Below, piece by piece: positions 38,076-49,755 of a stretch of DNA of 64,000 bases (positions within the stretch are counted from its first letter, which is position 1; each line of letters opens with the position of its first letter). The position numbers and the translations under genes are program-made. The notes under the pieces were generated by a model. That model did not search any database. It was not told where the DNA came from and saw nothing but the letters and a program-made list of their open reading frames with translations. The stretch lies in the NCBI GenBank assembly GCA_031549365.1, contig JAVBPX010000001.1:1-64000 (forward strand), read 5' to 3'. The DNA comes from Alphaproteobacteria bacterium (GTDB lineage: Bacteria > Pseudomonadota > Alphaproteobacteria > Rs-D84).

Positions 38076-38951
38076 TTAAAAATTTGAACGAATCGAAATC
38101 ATAAAATCATTCGATTGTAATGATTTACTGGAATCACCATCATACATAATGTCGGTTCCATTGTCCGTTAATACTTGCTGACGCCCAAAATTCACATAAT
38201 GATACGCCAAATCCAACATCAAAGTATCTGTGATATTAAATGAAATTCCAGCACCCAATTTAAATGATACATAACTTTCATCACCATCCATAACCCAATC
38301 ACCATTTGGCATTTCAATTGATGGGTAATCCATCAAACCAATTCCCGCACCAATTGTTAAATAAGGCACAATTGCCGTACGTTCAACAACATCACCCATA
38401 TAATGATAACGACGAACCAAATCAAAATTTGCATTAATCATTGCGCCGGTTGCGGATCGATTTAAATCTTTGGAATTAAATTTAATGGTTGAATTATCGG
38501 TTGTATCCATATTGAATTGATGATGCTCTAATCCCAAATCAAACCGCAACCAAGAAGTTGCATTCCAACCAACAGCCAATTGTCCAACCAAACCAAAACC
38601 CTGTTCAACATGCACAGATTCAGATGGCAAAGTACCATCATCCAACAAATCAATATTTCCCATCCCATGATCCGCACCAACACCAAATGTTAAATAAAAC
38701 GGAGTTTCAATGTACATCTTATAAACTTGATTATCTTTTACATCACCACGATATGCGGAACTACCAACCTCGCCCACGCGCTCTTCGACTACAATAACTT
38801 TTTCTTCGCGAATTGTTTCTTGCTTTGGGGCCAAGCCTGTTGCAATTTCATCCTTTAATTCACCCCAACGCTGACGCGGAACATCTGCGAACGCATTCAC
38901 AGTAATACTGGATAAAATCACAGTGGAAATAATGCCAACAAATTTATTCAT
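38076..38951 (-). CDS. Outer-membrane 8-stranded beta-barrel (opacity/OmpA-like)
   Basis: RFDLG, PYLTIGAG, LDLAYHY, C-terminal Phe; start trimmed to MNKFVG. Confidence 0.85.
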   Translation of the reverse strand: MNKFVGIISTVILSSITVNAFADVPRQRWGELKDEIATGLAPKQETIREEKVIVVEERVGEVGSSAYRGDVKDNQVYKMYIETPFYLTFGVGADHGMGNIDLLDDGTLPSESVHVEQGFGLVGQLAVGWNATSWLRFDLGLEHHQFNMDTTDNSTIKFNSKDLNRSATGAMINANFDLVRRYHYMGDVVERTAIVPYLTIGAGIGLMDYPSIEMPNGDWVMDGDESYVSFKLGAGISFNITDTLMLDLAYHYVNFGRQQVLTDNGTDIMYDGDSSKSLQSNDFMISIRSNF

Positions 38952-39010
38952 ATTACACCTTAGTTTTTTATTCGCCTCTATTTTATCAAATATCCCGATT
39001 CCGGGCAAGC

Positions 39011-39036
39011 AAAAACCCCGCATAACGCGGGGTTTT
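39011..39036 (-). terminator. Terminator of the alpha operon
   Basis: AAAAACCCCGC-ATAAC-GCGGGGTTTT after rplQ. Confidence 0.8.
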
Positions 39037-39053
39037 ATATTGTTGGTCAAATA

Positions 39054-39608
39054 TTAACCACCTGACACTGTGCGACGACGTGGTGCTGCCGCTTTGGTGC
39101 CTGATGCTTTGGCTGCCTTTGGTGCTGGTTTGTTTTCTTTTTCAACTTTTACTTTTTTTGTTTCTGCTTTTGGCATGGCTGCTTTGGCGGCTTCTTTCTT
39201 TTCGGCCATTTCAGCATGAACTTTTTTTGTTTTTGCGCCCTTGGCTGCAACATCACGATCAACCAATTCAATAATTGCCATTGGGGCCATGTCGCCATAA
39301 CGGAAACCAGCTTTTAAAACGCGAGTATATCCGCCCGGACGTTTTGCATAACGTGGTGCCAAAACAGTGAACAATTTTTTCACAGCTTCTTCGTCATTCA
39401 ATTGGGCCATCGCCAAACGACGATTCGCAACATTATCAACGCGAGCCATAGTAATTAATTTTTCAGCCACAGAACGCAAATCTTTTGCTTTGGGCAATGT
39501 GGTTTTGATTTGTTCGTGTTCAAACAAAGCAATTGTTAAATTTGAAAACAAAGCCTTTCTGTGGTTTGTTGTTCGGTTAAATTTTCTTCCGGACATTCCG
39601 TGTCTCAT
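39054..39608 (-). CDS. rplQ: 50S ribosomal protein L17
   Basis: [23 protein letters not shown]. Confidence 0.98.
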   Translation of the reverse strand: MRHGMSGRKFNRTTNHRKALFSNLTIALFEHEQIKTTLPKAKDLRSVAEKLITMARVDNVANRRLAMAQLNDEEAVKKLFTVLAPRYAKRPGGYTRVLKAGFRYGDMAPMAIIELVDRDVAAKGAKTKKVHAEMAEKKEAAKAAMPKAETKKVKVEKENKPAPKAAKASGTKAAAPRRRTVSGG

Positions 39609-39700
39609 TTTACACTCCTGTGGTTATTCCCCATAATGGGATTGATTGAACAACGGGCCCAGAGATTTTTCTCTCCAGCACCCGTCGTGGTTTTAATGGC

Positions 39701-40729
39701 TTATTTATACGGATCTTCGTATTTTTTAGCCAATTCTTGAATGTTTTCTGGTGGCCACCCTGGTACAGTCATACCCAATGACAATCCCATGTTTTCCAAT
39801 TGCTCTTTGATTTCGTTCAAAGATTTGCGTCCAAAGTTTGGTGTTTTCAACATGTCCGCTTCGGTCTTTTGAACCAATTCACCCAAATAATTGATCTTGT
39901 CGTTTTTCAAACAGTTGTTTGCACGAACAGATAATTCCAATTCATCAACATGTTTCAACAATTTTGGATCAAATGGCAATACATCAACTTTTTTGTTTTC
40001 GCCATTGCCCAAACTTAATGTTGGATCTTCGAAATTAATGAACACGTTTAATTGATCTGTCAAAATGCGGGCAGCCAATGCAATTGCATCTTCCGGAGAT
40101 ACGCTACCGTTTGTTTTGATTGTCATATCCAATTTATCATAGTCTGTTTTTTGGCCAACACGTGCATTCGACACATCTACCGACACATTTAAAATCGGTG
40201 AATAAATCGAATCAACAGGAACAACACCCAGAGGCATGTTTTGTGCACGATTTTGATCTGCTGGGATATATCCTTTGCCTGTGTTCAAGAAAATTTCCAT
40301 ATCCAATGTTGCTCCTTCGCCCAAATGGCAAATAACAACGTCTTTGTTCATAACGGAAACGTTTGCAGGTGTTTCAATCATTGCTGATGTAACAACAGCA
40401 GGTCCCTTAACTTTCAATGTTGCTTTTCTGGAACCTTCGTCTTCTGCTTTGAAATAAACAGTTTTCAAATTCAATACGATATCAGTAACGTCTTCGCGAA
40501 CACCTGGAATTGTTGTAAATTCATGTTGAACACCATCAATTTTAATTGATGTCATTGCACAACCTTGTAATGACGACAATAAAACACGGCGCAATGCTGT
40601 GCCCAATGTCATTCCAAAGCCCTTTTCCAAAGGTTCCGCAGTCAAAGTTGCAATATTAGCGTTATCTTCGTTGACTTTCACAACGATTTTTTTTGGTTTA
40701 GACAGAGTCATCCAATTTTTTTCAATCAT
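39701..40729 (-). CDS. rpoA: RNA polymerase alpha subunit
   Basis: [36 protein letters not shown]. Confidence 0.98.
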   Translation of the reverse strand: MIEKNWMTLSKPKKIVVKVNEDNANIATLTAEPLEKGFGMTLGTALRRVLLSSLQGCAMTSIKIDGVQHEFTTIPGVREDVTDIVLNLKTVYFKAEDEGSRKATLKVKGPAVVTSAMIETPANVSVMNKDVVICHLGEGATLDMEIFLNTGKGYIPADQNRAQNMPLGVVPVDSIYSPILNVSVDVSNARVGQKTDYDKLDMTIKTNGSVSPEDAIALAARILTDQLNVFINFEDPTLSLGNGENKKVDVLPFDPKLLKHVDELELSVRANNCLKNDKINYLGELVQKTEADMLKTPNFGRKSLNEIKEQLENMGLSLGMTVPGWPPENIQELAKKYEDPYK

Positions 40730-40769
40730 TTTAATTCCCTTGGGCTTTGGTATTTATACAAATATTTAA

Positions 40770-41156
40770 TTATACGCGGCGACGTTTTTTTGCACGGCAA
40801 CCATTGTGTGGAACGCGCGTTGTGTCTGTGATCGAATTAACAACCAAACCAGCAACTTGCAATCCACGCACGGCGGCTTCGCGTCCGCCCCCTGGGCCTC
40901 GCATTAAAACATCAACTGTTTTCATACCATTTTCAGCTGCTTTTTTTGCAACGTTTTCCGCAACAACTGATGCAGCATAAGGCGTGGATTTTTTTGCACC
41001 CTTAAAGCTGTTTGCTCCGGCTGTTGCCCAACACAATACGGCACCTGTTGGATCGGTAATTGTAATTCTGGTGTTATTAAATGTTGCCAAAACGTGTGCC
41101 ACACCGTGACTAACTTTTTTAACAACTTTCTTTTTGTTTGCAGTTTTTAATGCCAT
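40770..41156 (-). CDS. rpsK: 30S ribosomal protein S11
   Basis: ATFNNT, KSTPYAA, PHNGCR. Confidence 0.98.
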   Translation of the reverse strand: MALKTANKKKVVKKVSHGVAHVLATFNNTRITITDPTGAVLCWATAGANSFKGAKKSTPYAASVVAENVAKKAAENGMKTVDVLMRGPGGGREAAVRGLQVAGLVVNSITDTTRVPHNGCRAKKRRRV

Positions 41157-41170
41157 TATTACAACTCCTA

Positions 41171-41548
41171 TTATTTACCCTTGGACGACGCACCGGCGAT
41201 TGCGATACGTTTACCTTTGCGTGTTCTGGCGTTTGTCTGAGTTCTCTGACCGCGAACTGGCAAACGGTTACGATGACGAATACCACGATATGCTTTCAAA
41301 TCTTGCAAACGTTTGATATTCATAGCAACATCACGACGAACATCACCTTCTACTTTGAAGTTTTCTTCGATATAGTTACGAATATTAATTACGTCTTGGT
41401 CTGTTAAATCCTTGGTGCGCATAGAATCTTTGAAACCCAAAGCTTTACAAATTTGTTTTGCGCGAACAGGACCAATCCCATAGATATAGGTCAAGCTGAT
41501 GACCAATCTTTTTTCTGTTGGAATATTTACCCCAGCGATACGAGCCAA
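41171..41548 (-). CDS. rpsM: 30S ribosomal protein S13 (TTG start)
   Basis: [17 protein letters not shown]; AGGAG RBS. Confidence 0.98.
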   Translation of the reverse strand: MARIAGVNIPTEKRLVISLTYIYGIGPVRAKQICKALGFKDSMRTKDLTDQDVINIRNYIEENFKVEGDVRRDVAMNIKRLQDLKAYRGIRHRNRLPVRGQRTQTNARTRKGKRIAIAGASSKGK

Positions 41549-41583
41549 TGTTATCTCCTTTTTTATTAACGTTTCAGGGCGCT

Positions 41584-41611
41584 ATTTTACAGCAGTTTCG
41601 TAAAAAGTCAA
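41584..41611 (-). promoter_or_regulatory. Alpha-operon promoter
   Basis: TTGACT-N16-TAAAAT upstream of rpsM. Confidence 0.55.
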
Positions 41612-41626
41612 CCCGTTTTTGATGCC

Positions 41627-42937
41627 TCAGACGCGAAAGCGACCATGTTTGTTTGCTTTTTTAATCACTCCGGCATACTGTCTGGCAATCAAGTGGGATT
41701 GGATCTGGGTCACGGTGTCCAAAATAACACCTGCAACGATCAAAACACTGGTCCCGCCGACTACGATTGGCATCCCGAATTGTGTATTCAATAAAATTGG
41801 TAATACACAGACGGCCACCAAGTATGTAACCCCGATAACGGTGATGTTTGTCACAACGCCATCCAGGTATTTAACGGTTTGTTCCCCTGGGCGAACCCCT
41901 GGAATGTAACCGCCATGATTCTTTAAATTATTTGCAGTTTCTTCGGAATTGAAAACAATTGCCGTTTGAAAAAATGCAAAGAATATAATTAAAACTGTGA
42001 ACAACAACATATATGACCAAGTACCGTATGTAAATACAGCCATAACGTGCTGAAACCATAATGCGTCGGATTGAATAAAACGGCCGACGAATGCAGGCAA
42101 CATCAAAATTGACGATGCAAACACAGGACCCATAACACCCGACATGTTCATTTTTAATGGCAAATATGATGAATTATTGTTTGCGCCTGGCGTTGTTTGT
42201 CGTGGGTATAAAATTTGAATACGACGTTGGGCTTGCTCCATGAATGCAATTAATGCAACGATTCCAACAACAAATCCAATGATTAATAAAATCATCATTG
42301 GCGATATTTGACCAACTGATCCCAATTGAATCATATTTGATAAACCACTGGGCAATCCTGCGATAATTCCTGCGAAAATCAATAATGATGCGCCCTGACC
42401 AATTCCGCGGGCTGTGATTTGTTCCGCCAACCACATAATAAATGTTGTTCCACCAACCAAGCAAACAATTGTTGAAAAGCGAAAGAACCAACCTGGATTA
42501 ATAACTGCAAATTGTCCGTTCACAGGCGCCATCGATTCCAAACCAACAGCAACAGCGTATGCCTGGACTGCGCACAATATCACCGCTAAATAACGAGTAT
42601 ACTGATTGATTTTGATGCGGCCTGCTTCGCCTTCTTTGCGTAATTCGCCCAATCCTTTTGATGTGGCGGACAACAATTGAATAACGATTGATGCGGAAAT
42701 GTATGGAAAAATGTTCAATGCCAATACAGACATACGTGATAACGCACCACCTGTAAATAAATCAAACATACCCATCATACCATTATCACCTTGGAATAAA
42801 TGCAACACCGCGGATGCATTTACGCCAGGTAACGGAATGAAAGAACCAATACGGTATACAATCAATGCAATCAAAGTGAACATTATCCGCTTTTTTAAAT
42901 CGGACATTCCAGAAAACATATCTTTGACTGACGCCAT
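41627..42937 (-). CDS. secY: Preprotein translocase SecY
   Basis: PYISASIVIQLL, IPGVRPG, GGTSVLI. Confidence 0.98.
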   Translation of the reverse strand: MASVKDMFSGMSDLKKRIMFTLIALIVYRIGSFIPLPGVNASAVLHLFQGDNGMMGMFDLFTGGALSRMSVLALNIFPYISASIVIQLLSATSKGLGELRKEGEAGRIKINQYTRYLAVILCAVQAYAVAVGLESMAPVNGQFAVINPGWFFRFSTIVCLVGGTTFIMWLAEQITARGIGQGASLLIFAGIIAGLPSGLSNMIQLGSVGQISPMMILLIIGFVVGIVALIAFMEQAQRRIQILYPRQTTPGANNNSSYLPLKMNMSGVMGPVFASSILMLPAFVGRFIQSDALWFQHVMAVFTYGTWSYMLLFTVLIIFFAFFQTAIVFNSEETANNLKNHGGYIPGVRPGEQTVKYLDGVVTNITVIGVTYLVAVCVLPILLNTQFGMPIVVGGTSVLIVAGVILDTVTQIQSHLIARQYAGVIKKANKHGRFRV

Positions 42938-42967
42938 GGATTAACCCCCCGGTTCGTTAATTCAATC

Positions 42968-43576
42968 TTATTTTTTTGCGGCTGCTTTTTTGGCGGCTGG
43001 TTTTGCCACGGCTTTTTTAGCCGGAGCTTTAACAGCTTTTTCAGCCTTTGGTGCTTTTTCAGCCTTTTCTGTTTTTACAGTTTTTTCAGCTTTATCAGCT
43101 TTGGCAACAACTTGTTTTGTAACCAATTTAACTGAACCACCTGCTTTTTCAATTGCAGCTTTGGCTGTTTCAGAAATTTTTACAACTTCTACATTAATTG
43201 CTGTAACAACTGTTCCAACACCCAAAATTTTAACACCATCTTTTACACGACGGATTAAACCGGCGGATTTCAAAGATTCTGCATCAATAACTTTTTTTGC
43301 ATCCAATTTATTATTTTTGATTGCTTTTTCGATTTCCAAAACATTTACTGTTGCGTATTCTTTTGAAAATGGATTTTTAAATCCAACCATTGGCAAACGT
43401 TTGAAAATTGGTGTTTGACCACCTTCGAATGTAGCTGAACCAGATGCGCCCGCACGTGCTTTTTGACCCTTGTGTCCACGACCAGATGTTTTACCCAATC
43501 CTGATCCAATTCCGCGTCCAACGCGTTTTTTGCTTGGTCTTGCGCCAGCGTTATCCATCAAAGCATTTAATTTCAT
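42968..43576 (-). CDS. rplO: 50S ribosomal protein L15
   Basis: [28 protein letters not shown]. Confidence 0.98.
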   Translation of the reverse strand: MKLNALMDNAGARPSKKRVGRGIGSGLGKTSGRGHKGQKARAGASGSATFEGGQTPIFKRLPMVGFKNPFSKEYATVNVLEIEKAIKNNKLDAKKVIDAESLKSAGLIRRVKDGVKILGVGTVVTAINVEVVKISETAKAAIEKAGGSVKLVTKQVVAKADKAEKTVKTEKAEKAPKAEKAVKAPAKKAVAKPAAKKAAAKK

Positions 43577-43591
43577 AACCTACTCCCTGTA

Positions 43592-43774
43592 TTAATCTTG
43601 GATCGAAACCAAGTGTTTAACTTTTTCGATCATGCCACGTGTTTCAGGGCAATCTTTCAAAGTTTTTGTTTTTCCAATGCGCCCCAATCCCATACCTTTT
43701 AAAACTTTTACTTGTTTTTCAGATCTTGCAATGGTGCTTTTTGTTTGTTTAACTGTTACGGTTTTTTGTGCCAT
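43592..43774 (-). CDS. rpmD: 50S ribosomal protein L30
   Basis: [16 protein letters not shown]; position in spc operon. Confidence 0.96.
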   Translation of the reverse strand: MAQKTVTVKQTKSTIARSEKQVKVLKGMGLGRIGKTKTLKDCPETRGMIEKVKHLVSIQD

Positions 43775-43789
43775 ATCTATCCCCTTTAA

Positions 43790-44341
43790 TTATTCCGCCG
43801 CAGCGTCTTTTTTATCTTTGCCATCACGGGCAGCGATAATATCAGTAACTGATTTTCCACGACGCGCCGCAATAGATTTCGGAGAATTCATATTTTTCAA
43901 TGCTTCGAAAGTTGCACGAACCATGTTGTGTGGGTTGTTTGAACCTTGGGATTTTGCGACAACGTCTGCAACGCCCAAACATTCAAATACTGCACGCAAT
44001 GGTCCACCTGCGATCACACCTGTACCGGCGGATGCGGAACGTAAAACTACTTTGCCAGCACCGTATTTTGCAGTCATATCGTGATGCAATGTACGGCCTT
44101 CTTTTAATGGAACGCGAATCATATTGCGTTTCGCAGCTTTGTTTGCTTTTTGAACAGCAGATTGAATTTCCAATGCTTTGCCTGTTCCAAATCCAACGCG
44201 CCCTGCTTTGTCGCCAACAACAACGATTGCCGAGAACGAAAAGTTTTTTCCGCCCTTAACCGTTTTAGCAACACGATTAATATGCACCAAACGATCGACC
44301 AAGTTGTCTGTTTGTAAATTGCTTTGATTTACTTTAGCCAT
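43790..44341 (-). CDS. rpsE: 30S ribosomal protein S5
   Basis: [19 protein letters not shown]. Confidence 0.98.
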   Translation of the reverse strand: MAKVNQSNLQTDNLVDRLVHINRVAKTVKGGKNFSFSAIVVVGDKAGRVGFGTGKALEIQSAVQKANKAAKRNMIRVPLKEGRTLHHDMTAKYGAGKVVLRSASAGTGVIAGGPLRAVFECLGVADVVAKSQGSNNPHNMVRATFEALKNMNSPKSIAARRGKSVTDIIAARDGKDKKDAAAE

Positions 44342-44358
44342 TTTACCTATCCTCTCTA

Positions 44359-44709
44359 TTAAAATTTCATGCCAGCGGCACGGGCGCCATCAGCCAATGC
44401 TTTCACACGGCCATGGAATTTATATCCACCGCGATCAAAATAAACATCTTTCAATTTCATTTTGACAGCGCGTTCACCCAATGCTTTACCAACCAATGTG
44501 GCACCTTCTACTGACCAGCCTTTGCCTTTGAAATCTTTTTCCATAGACGAAGCGGAAGCCAATGTTTTTCCAGCAACATCATCAATGATTTGTGCTGAAA
44601 TATGGCGGCCTGAACGGTTTACGGATAAACGTAATTTACCATAGTTATTTTTTTTCAACGCATAACGATTGCGTGTAATTCTGCGTTGTTCTGTATCCAA
44701 GTGTACCAT
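44359..44709 (-). CDS. rplR: 50S ribosomal protein L18
   Basis: [19 protein letters not shown]. Confidence 0.98.
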   Translation of the reverse strand: MVHLDTEQRRITRNRYALKKNNYGKLRLSVNRSGRHISAQIIDDVAGKTLASASSMEKDFKGKGWSVEGATLVGKALGERAVKMKLKDVYFDRGGYKFHGRVKALADGARAAGMKF

Positions 44710-44720
44710 CGTTTTATCCT

Positions 44721-45269
44721 TTATTTCTTCTTGCCTTCTTTGCGGCGGATCTTTTCTGATTTATAGAATATACCCTTGCCTTTATATGGTTCCGGCGGAC
44801 GAATCGCGCGAACTTCTGCTGCAAATTGTCCAACGGCCTGTTTGTCGATTCCGCTGATTTTGAATTCAGTTGGCGCTGTTGATTCAACAGTTATGCCATT
44901 TGGAATGTCCAATTTAACGTCGTGTGAAAATCCGGCAATCAATACCAATTTGTTTCCAGAAACTGACGCTTTGAATCCAACACCCTTCATTCCCATTTCT
45001 TTGGAAAATCCAGCTGTAACGCCCATAACAGCCGATTTAATCAATCGTGTCATGGCGCCCCACATTGCGCGTGATTCTTTGTCATCTGCGTTTGTTGGTG
45101 TAACAAAGATTTCATTTTCTTTGATTTCAATGTTAACCAAATTTGCGTTTTTATGTTCCAAACTTACTTTCAGCTCGCCTTTTGGTCCGCGTACGATTAA
45201 CGCTTTGTCCGCTTTTGTTACGGATACGCCATCTTTCAGTTGAACAGGATATTTCCCAGCTCTTGACAT
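44721..45269 (-). CDS. rplF: 50S ribosomal protein L6
   Basis: [16 protein letters not shown]. Confidence 0.98.
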   Translation of the reverse strand: MSRAGKYPVQLKDGVSVTKADKALIVRGPKGELKVSLEHKNANLVNIEIKENEIFVTPTNADDKESRAMWGAMTRLIKSAVMGVTAGFSKEMGMKGVGFKASVSGNKLVLIAGFSHDVKLDIPNGITVESTAPTEFKISGIDKQAVGQFAAEVRAIRPPEPYKGKGIFYKSEKIRRKEGKKK

Positions 45270-45287
45270 ATTATTTGCTCCTTTACC

Positions 45288-45686
45288 TTAAACAACGCGA
45301 CACAAAATTTCGCCGCCCAAATTTTCAAGTCTGGCTTGGTAATCGGCCATAACACCTTTTGGTGTTGACACGATAGCAATACCCAACCCGTTCAAAACGC
45401 GTGGCATTTTTGCACTCTTTGAATATACTCGACGTCCAGGTTTGGACACACATTGGATTTCTTGGATTGCTCCGCGACCTTCAACATATTTCAAGTCAAT
45501 TTCAAAATTTTCTTTGTTATCTTCTGTTTTTGTACGGCGAAAGTCTTTAATAAAACCTTCTGCTTTTAAAACGTTCAAAACGTTTCCGCGCAAATTGGAT
45601 GTTGGACAAACAACTTTATCTTTGCCCGCAGCCTGAGCATTGCGAATTCGTGTGATCATATCTCCGATTGGATGTGTAAATGTCAT
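45288..45686 (-). CDS. rpsH: 30S ribosomal protein S8
   Basis: DMITRIRNA, SKPGRRVY, GGEILC. Confidence 0.98.
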   Translation of the reverse strand: MTFTHPIGDMITRIRNAQAAGKDKVVCPTSNLRGNVLNVLKAEGFIKDFRRTKTEDNKENFEIDLKYVEGRGAIQEIQCVSKPGRRVYSKSAKMPRVLNGLGIAIVSTPKGVMADYQARLENLGGEILCRVV

Positions 45687-45715
45687 TCTTGATCCTCTTC
45701 GTTATATCTTTACAA

Positions 45716-46018
45716 TTACCAGCTGGACTTACGCAAGCCTGGCAATTTGCCTTCGTGCGCTTGTTTGCGGACTTGTTGTCTGCACAAACCGAACTGACCC
45801 ATATACCCACGGGCACGTCCTGTAATTGCACAGCGTTTATGAACGCGAGTGGCCGATGAATTGCGTGGCAATTTTGCCAATTTTTTCATCGCTTCGAAAC
45901 GTTCTTCTGGGGTCGCCTCTGGCGTCATTTTTTCTTTCAGCAATTCGCGTTTTTTGGCATATTTTTTAACCAATTTTTCGCGATGTGCGTTTTTTTCCAT
46001 TAATGCTAATTTTGCCAT
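45716..46018 (-). CDS. rpsN: 30S ribosomal protein S14 (long, Zn-independent type)
   Basis: LPRNSS..RCAITGR..LPGLRKSSW. Confidence 0.97.
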   Translation of the reverse strand: MAKLALMEKNAHREKLVKKYAKKRELLKEKMTPEATPEERFEAMKKLAKLPRNSSATRVHKRCAITGRARGYMGQFGLCRQQVRKQAHEGKLPGLRKSSW

Positions 46019-46033
46019 CTGTTATCCCCTTTA

Positions 46034-46579
46034 TTATTTCAAAACCAAAGGCAGGTTCATCTTGGTCAACAAAGCGCGTGCTTCGTCATCCGATTTTGCA
46101 GTGGTGCCGATAACAATATCCATTCCTTTGATCGAATCAATTTTATCGAAATCGATTTCTGGGAATATCAAATGTTCTTTGATTCCGAATGCATAGTTTC
46201 CATTACCATCAAATTTTGATTTTGACAATCCGCGGAAGTCTTTGATTCGTGGCAAAGCAATTGTAACCAAACGGTCCAAGAAATCATACATACGTTTTCC
46301 ACGCAATGTAACTTTCACACCGATTGGTTGACCTTGGCGTAAACGATATGTTGCGATCGATTTACGTGCTTTGGTCATCACTGGTTTTTGAGCTGCGATT
46401 GCCATCATATCAGCAAAAGCCGCATCTACTTTCTTTTTATCGCTGACGCCTGCGCCAACGCCCATGTTCAAGACGATTTTAGTCAGTCTTGGAACAGCTA
46501 TGTCATTTGAATACCCGAATTCTTTTTTTAATTCTGGGACAACGACTTTCTCGTAATGAGTTCTTAAACGGCTTTGCAT
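46034..46579 (-). CDS. rplE: 50S ribosomal protein L5
   Basis: [22 protein letters not shown]. Confidence 0.98.
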   Translation of the reverse strand: MQSRLRTHYEKVVVPELKKEFGYSNDIAVPRLTKIVLNMGVGAGVSDKKKVDAAFADMMAIAAQKPVMTKARKSIATYRLRQGQPIGVKVTLRGKRMYDFLDRLVTIALPRIKDFRGLSKSKFDGNGNYAFGIKEHLIFPEIDFDKIDSIKGMDIVIGTTAKSDDEARALLTKMNLPLVLK

Positions 46580-46591
46580 TTAACTTGCTCC

Positions 46592-46909
46592 TTATTTCTT
46601 GTCCGACAACACAGTGCCACTTTTTTTGGCAACGCGTACTTTTGCGCCTTTATCCGATTTCGAATAGCCGACACGTGTTGGTTTTTTTGTCTTTGGATCC
46701 AACAATGCAACGTTTGAAACGTGGATTGGAGTTTCCGTTTCTTGGATGTGTCCTGGTTTTTCTTGGGTCGGTTTAATGTGTTTTTTTACACGATTAACAC
46801 CTTCTACCAATACTTTGCATTTTTCTGGGTATGCAGCCAAGACTTTACCCTTAACCCCTTTGTATTTACCAGAAATCACAATGACTTCGTCGTTTTTCTT
46901 GATTTTCAT
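46592..46909 (-). CDS. rplX: 50S ribosomal protein L24
   Basis: KOW motif [15 protein letters not shown]. Confidence 0.98.
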   Translation of the reverse strand: MKIKKNDEVIVISGKYKGVKGKVLAAYPEKCKVLVEGVNRVKKHIKPTQEKPGHIQETETPIHVSNVALLDPKTKKPTRVGYSKSDKGAKVRVAKKSGTVLSDKK

Positions 46910-46923
46910 TTTTGACTCCTTGA

Positions 46924-47298
46924 TTACAATACTTCTGGTGCCAAAGATACGATTTTTTGGAAATCGTATTTTCTACGTACTTCACGGGCCACAGGTCCGA
47001 AAATACGTGTGCCCAGGGGCTCGCGGTTATTTTTATTAATCAATACTGCTGCATTTTCGTCAAAGCGAATAACGGAACCGTCTGCGCGTTTAACATCGTA
47101 TTTTGTACGAACGATAACAGCGCGTTGAACTGTACCTTTTTGCACTTTGCCGCGTGGCAGAGCATCTTTCACGGCAACAACGATAATGTCACCAATTGAA
47201 GCATAACGAGCATGCGATCCGCCCAATACTTTAATGCATTGAACTTTTTTCGCACCACTGTTATCAGCAACATTCAAAACTGTTTCGACTTGGATCAT
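46924..47298 (-). CDS. rplN: 50S ribosomal protein L14
   Basis: [23 protein letters not shown]. Confidence 0.98.
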   Translation of the reverse strand: MIQVETVLNVADNSGAKKVQCIKVLGGSHARYASIGDIIVVAVKDALPRGKVQKGTVQRAVIVRTKYDVKRADGSVIRFDENAAVLINKNNREPLGTRIFGPVAREVRRKYDFQKIVSLAPEVL

Positions 47299-47310
47299 CG
47301 TATTGCCTCT

Positions 47311-47592
47311 TTATTTTGTTGGTTCATCGGATGTTTCAACAGTTGTATCTTTGGCTTTACCAACCAACCCTGTAACAACCCATGCTTTGGTTTTGGAAAT
47401 TGGACGATGTTCTTCGATCGCAACAATATCCCCTACTTTGAATTCGTTATTTTCGTCATGTGCTTTGTACTTTTTGTTTTGTTTAACAAACTTTTTGTAC
47501 AATGGGTGACGGAAACGGCGTTCGACGTTAACCACAACGGTTTTATCGTTTTTGGTACTAATCACTTCACCTTGTAATACGCGTTTTGGCAT
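47311..47592 (-). CDS. rpsQ: 30S ribosomal protein S17
   Basis: DKTVVV, HPLYKK, RPISKTK. Confidence 0.98.
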   Translation of the reverse strand: MPKRVLQGEVISTKNDKTVVVNVERRFRHPLYKKFVKQNKKYKAHDENNEFKVGDIVAIEEHRPISKTKAWVVTGLVGKAKDTTVETSDEPTK

Positions 47593-47595
47593 GAC

Positions 47596-47811
47596 TTACG
47601 CCCCTTTTTTTGTTTTCGCTTCGTTATTCAAGGCTGAAATTTGTGTTTTAACCCTTGCAACTTCACGACGTGTTTTACGGACAACATGTGTTTTTGGCAA
47701 TTGACCTGTTGTCAATTGGAAACGCATGTTCATTTGTTCTTTTTTCAAACCTGCCAGTTTGGTCATCAATTCGTCCATACCAGCTTTTTGATCAACTACT
47801 TTTTTTGCCAT
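47596..47811 (-). CDS. rpmC: 50S ribosomal protein L29
   Basis: [19 protein letters not shown]. Confidence 0.96.
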   Translation of the reverse strand: MAKKVVDQKAGMDELMTKLAGLKKEQMNMRFQLTTGQLPKTHVVRKTRREVARVKTQISALNNEAKTKKGA

Positions 47812-47825
47812 TTCACTTTCCTCGC

Positions 47826-48239
47826 TTAATTTGGACGACGTTGAACGATTTTCGTTTTAACGGGCAATTTGTGTGCAGCCAATGTCAATGCTTCGGTTGC
47901 AACGTCTTCTTTGACTCCGTCGATTTCGAACATGATACGGCCTGGTTTTACTCGGCATGCCCAGTAATCCACAGCACCTTTACCTTTACCCATACGAACT
48001 TCGGCTGGTTTTGATGTAACAGGTAAATCTGGGAAAATACGGATCCATACACGGCCCACACGTTTCATGTGACGTGTAACTGCACGACGCGCGGCTTCGA
48101 TTTGACGGGCTGTAACACGTTCTGGGCTCATCGCTTTCAATCCGAAAGTTCCGAATGATAATTCAGCACCACCCTTGGCGTTACCGTGAATACGGCCTTT
48201 GTGCTGTTTACGATATTTCGTACGTTTAGGCATTAACAT
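47826..48239 (-). CDS. rplP: 50S ribosomal protein L16
   Basis: [15 protein letters not shown]. Confidence 0.98.
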   Translation of the reverse strand: MLMPKRTKYRKQHKGRIHGNAKGGAELSFGTFGLKAMSPERVTARQIEAARRAVTRHMKRVGRVWIRIFPDLPVTSKPAEVRMGKGKGAVDYWACRVKPGRIMFEIDGVKEDVATEALTLAAHKLPVKTKIVQRRPN

Positions 48240-48242
48240 GTC

Positions 48243-48956
48243 TTAGTCCTCTTTTTTTGCAACGCGTTTTTCAGAAGATGCTGCGATTTCACGAGGTGCG
48301 GACAATTCGCGCGCCATCTTTTCTTCGTTAACAACATCGCCTGTGTAAATCCAAACTTTAACTCCGATTACACCATAAGTTGTTCTTGCTTGAATTGATG
48401 CATAATCAATATCAGCACGCAATGTGTGTAGTGGGATACGACCTTCTCTCATGGCTTCGGACCTGGCAATTTCGGCACCGTTTAAACGTCCGCCGCATTG
48501 AACTTTGATTCCTTTGGCCCCTGCGCGCATTGCATTTTGAACTGCTTTTTTCATGGCGCGTTTAAAAGAAACACGGCCTTCGATTTGCTGAGCAATTGAT
48601 TTTGCAACCAAAACAGCAGACAAATCCGCGCGACGAACTTCAACGATGTTAACAACAACGTTGTCGTTTTTGGTCAATTTTTTAATATCATTGCGCAATG
48701 CCTCGATATCAGCACCGGCTTTGCCAATGATAACTCCTGGACGTGAAGTATGAACAGTTACAACCAATTTTTTGGCCAAACGTTCGATAACAACTTTCGA
48801 TAATCCGGCTTTTTTCAGCTTTTTTTCCAAGAATTCACGAATTTTATGATCTTCGATCAACAAAGTCGAATAATCTTTTTTGCTGGCCATCCAACGGGAA
48901 TCAGGTGTCCTGTTGATCATAATTCTCTGAATAATTGGTGATATTTTGTGACCCAT
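48243..48956 (-). CDS. rpsC: 30S ribosomal protein S3
   Basis: RPGVIIGK, GRLNGAEIAR, PLHTLRADIDY. Confidence 0.98.
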   Translation of the reverse strand: MGHKISPIIQRIMINRTPDSRWMASKKDYSTLLIEDHKIREFLEKKLKKAGLSKVVIERLAKKLVVTVHTSRPGVIIGKAGADIEALRNDIKKLTKNDNVVVNIVEVRRADLSAVLVAKSIAQQIEGRVSFKRAMKKAVQNAMRAGAKGIKVQCGGRLNGAEIARSEAMREGRIPLHTLRADIDYASIQARTTYGVIGVKVWIYTGDVVNEEKMARELSAPREIAASSEKRVAKKED

Positions 48957-49420
48957 TATTTATCCCCTTTGTTGGCTTTTTTAGCAGCAGGTTTCGCAAC
49001 AGCTTTTTTTTCAACTGTTTCTTTTTTTGCTGCTGACTTTGCTGGTTTTTCAGCTTTTGCTGTTGGAACAACCGATTCCAGAATGATAGTCAAGCTTGAA
49101 AATGGTTTCAAGATTGGACCCGCACGACCTTTGGAACGTGGGTTCATTCTTTTCATTGTGATTGATTTGCCAACGAATGATTCTTTAACAATCAAGCTGT
49201 CTGCTTTCATGCCTTTGTTGTTTTCTGCGTTTGCAATAGCAGATAACAAAGTTTTTTTCGCATCATTTGCAGAGCGTTTTTTCGAGAAAGTCAGAGCGTC
49301 AACCGCCTTGTTCACAGGCAATCCACGAATTGATTCAGCCACCAAGTTTAATTTTTGCGAGCTTGCACGAATTAATCGATTGAAAGCACGTACTTGATTA
49401 TCTTTTAATTTATTTGTCAT
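48956..49420 (-). CDS. rplV: 50S ribosomal protein L22
   Basis: SAIANAENN, PRSKGRA. Confidence 0.97.
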   Translation of the reverse strand: MTNKLKDNQVRAFNRLIRASSQKLNLVAESIRGLPVNKAVDALTFSKKRSANDAKKTLLSAIANAENNKGMKADSLIVKESFVGKSITMKRMNPRSKGRAGPILKPFSSLTIILESVVPTAKAEKPAKSAAKKETVEKKAVAKPAAKKANKGDK

Positions 49421-49431
49421 TCTGCTTTCCC

Positions 49432-49743
49432 TTATTTCTTAGCCGCTGGTTTCGGTGCTGGTTTTTTGGCAGCAGCCGCTTTTTTATTGGCAGCGTGTCC
49501 ACGGAATGTTCTGGTCGGTGCAAATTCACCCAATTTGTGTCCAATCATATCTTCTACGATTGAAACTGGGATAAATTTTTGACCGTTGTGAACATTAAAT
49601 GTTAACCCAACCATCGGAGGAATAATAGTCGATGCGCGAGACCAAGTTTGAACTGGTTTGCGATCGTTTGTTTCGTTTGCCTTTTGAACTTTTTTCAAAA
49701 TTGAAGGGTGGACAAAAGGACCTTTCCATACTGAACGAGCCAT
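49432..49743 (-). CDS. rpsS: 30S ribosomal protein S19
   Basis: [19 protein letters not shown]. Confidence 0.98.
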   Translation of the reverse strand: MARSVWKGPFVHPSILKKVQKANETNDRKPVQTWSRASTIIPPMVGLTFNVHNGQKFIPVSIVEDMIGHKLGEFAPTRTFRGHAANKKAAAAKKPAPKPAAKK

Positions 49744-49755
49744 AACAATCTCCTA

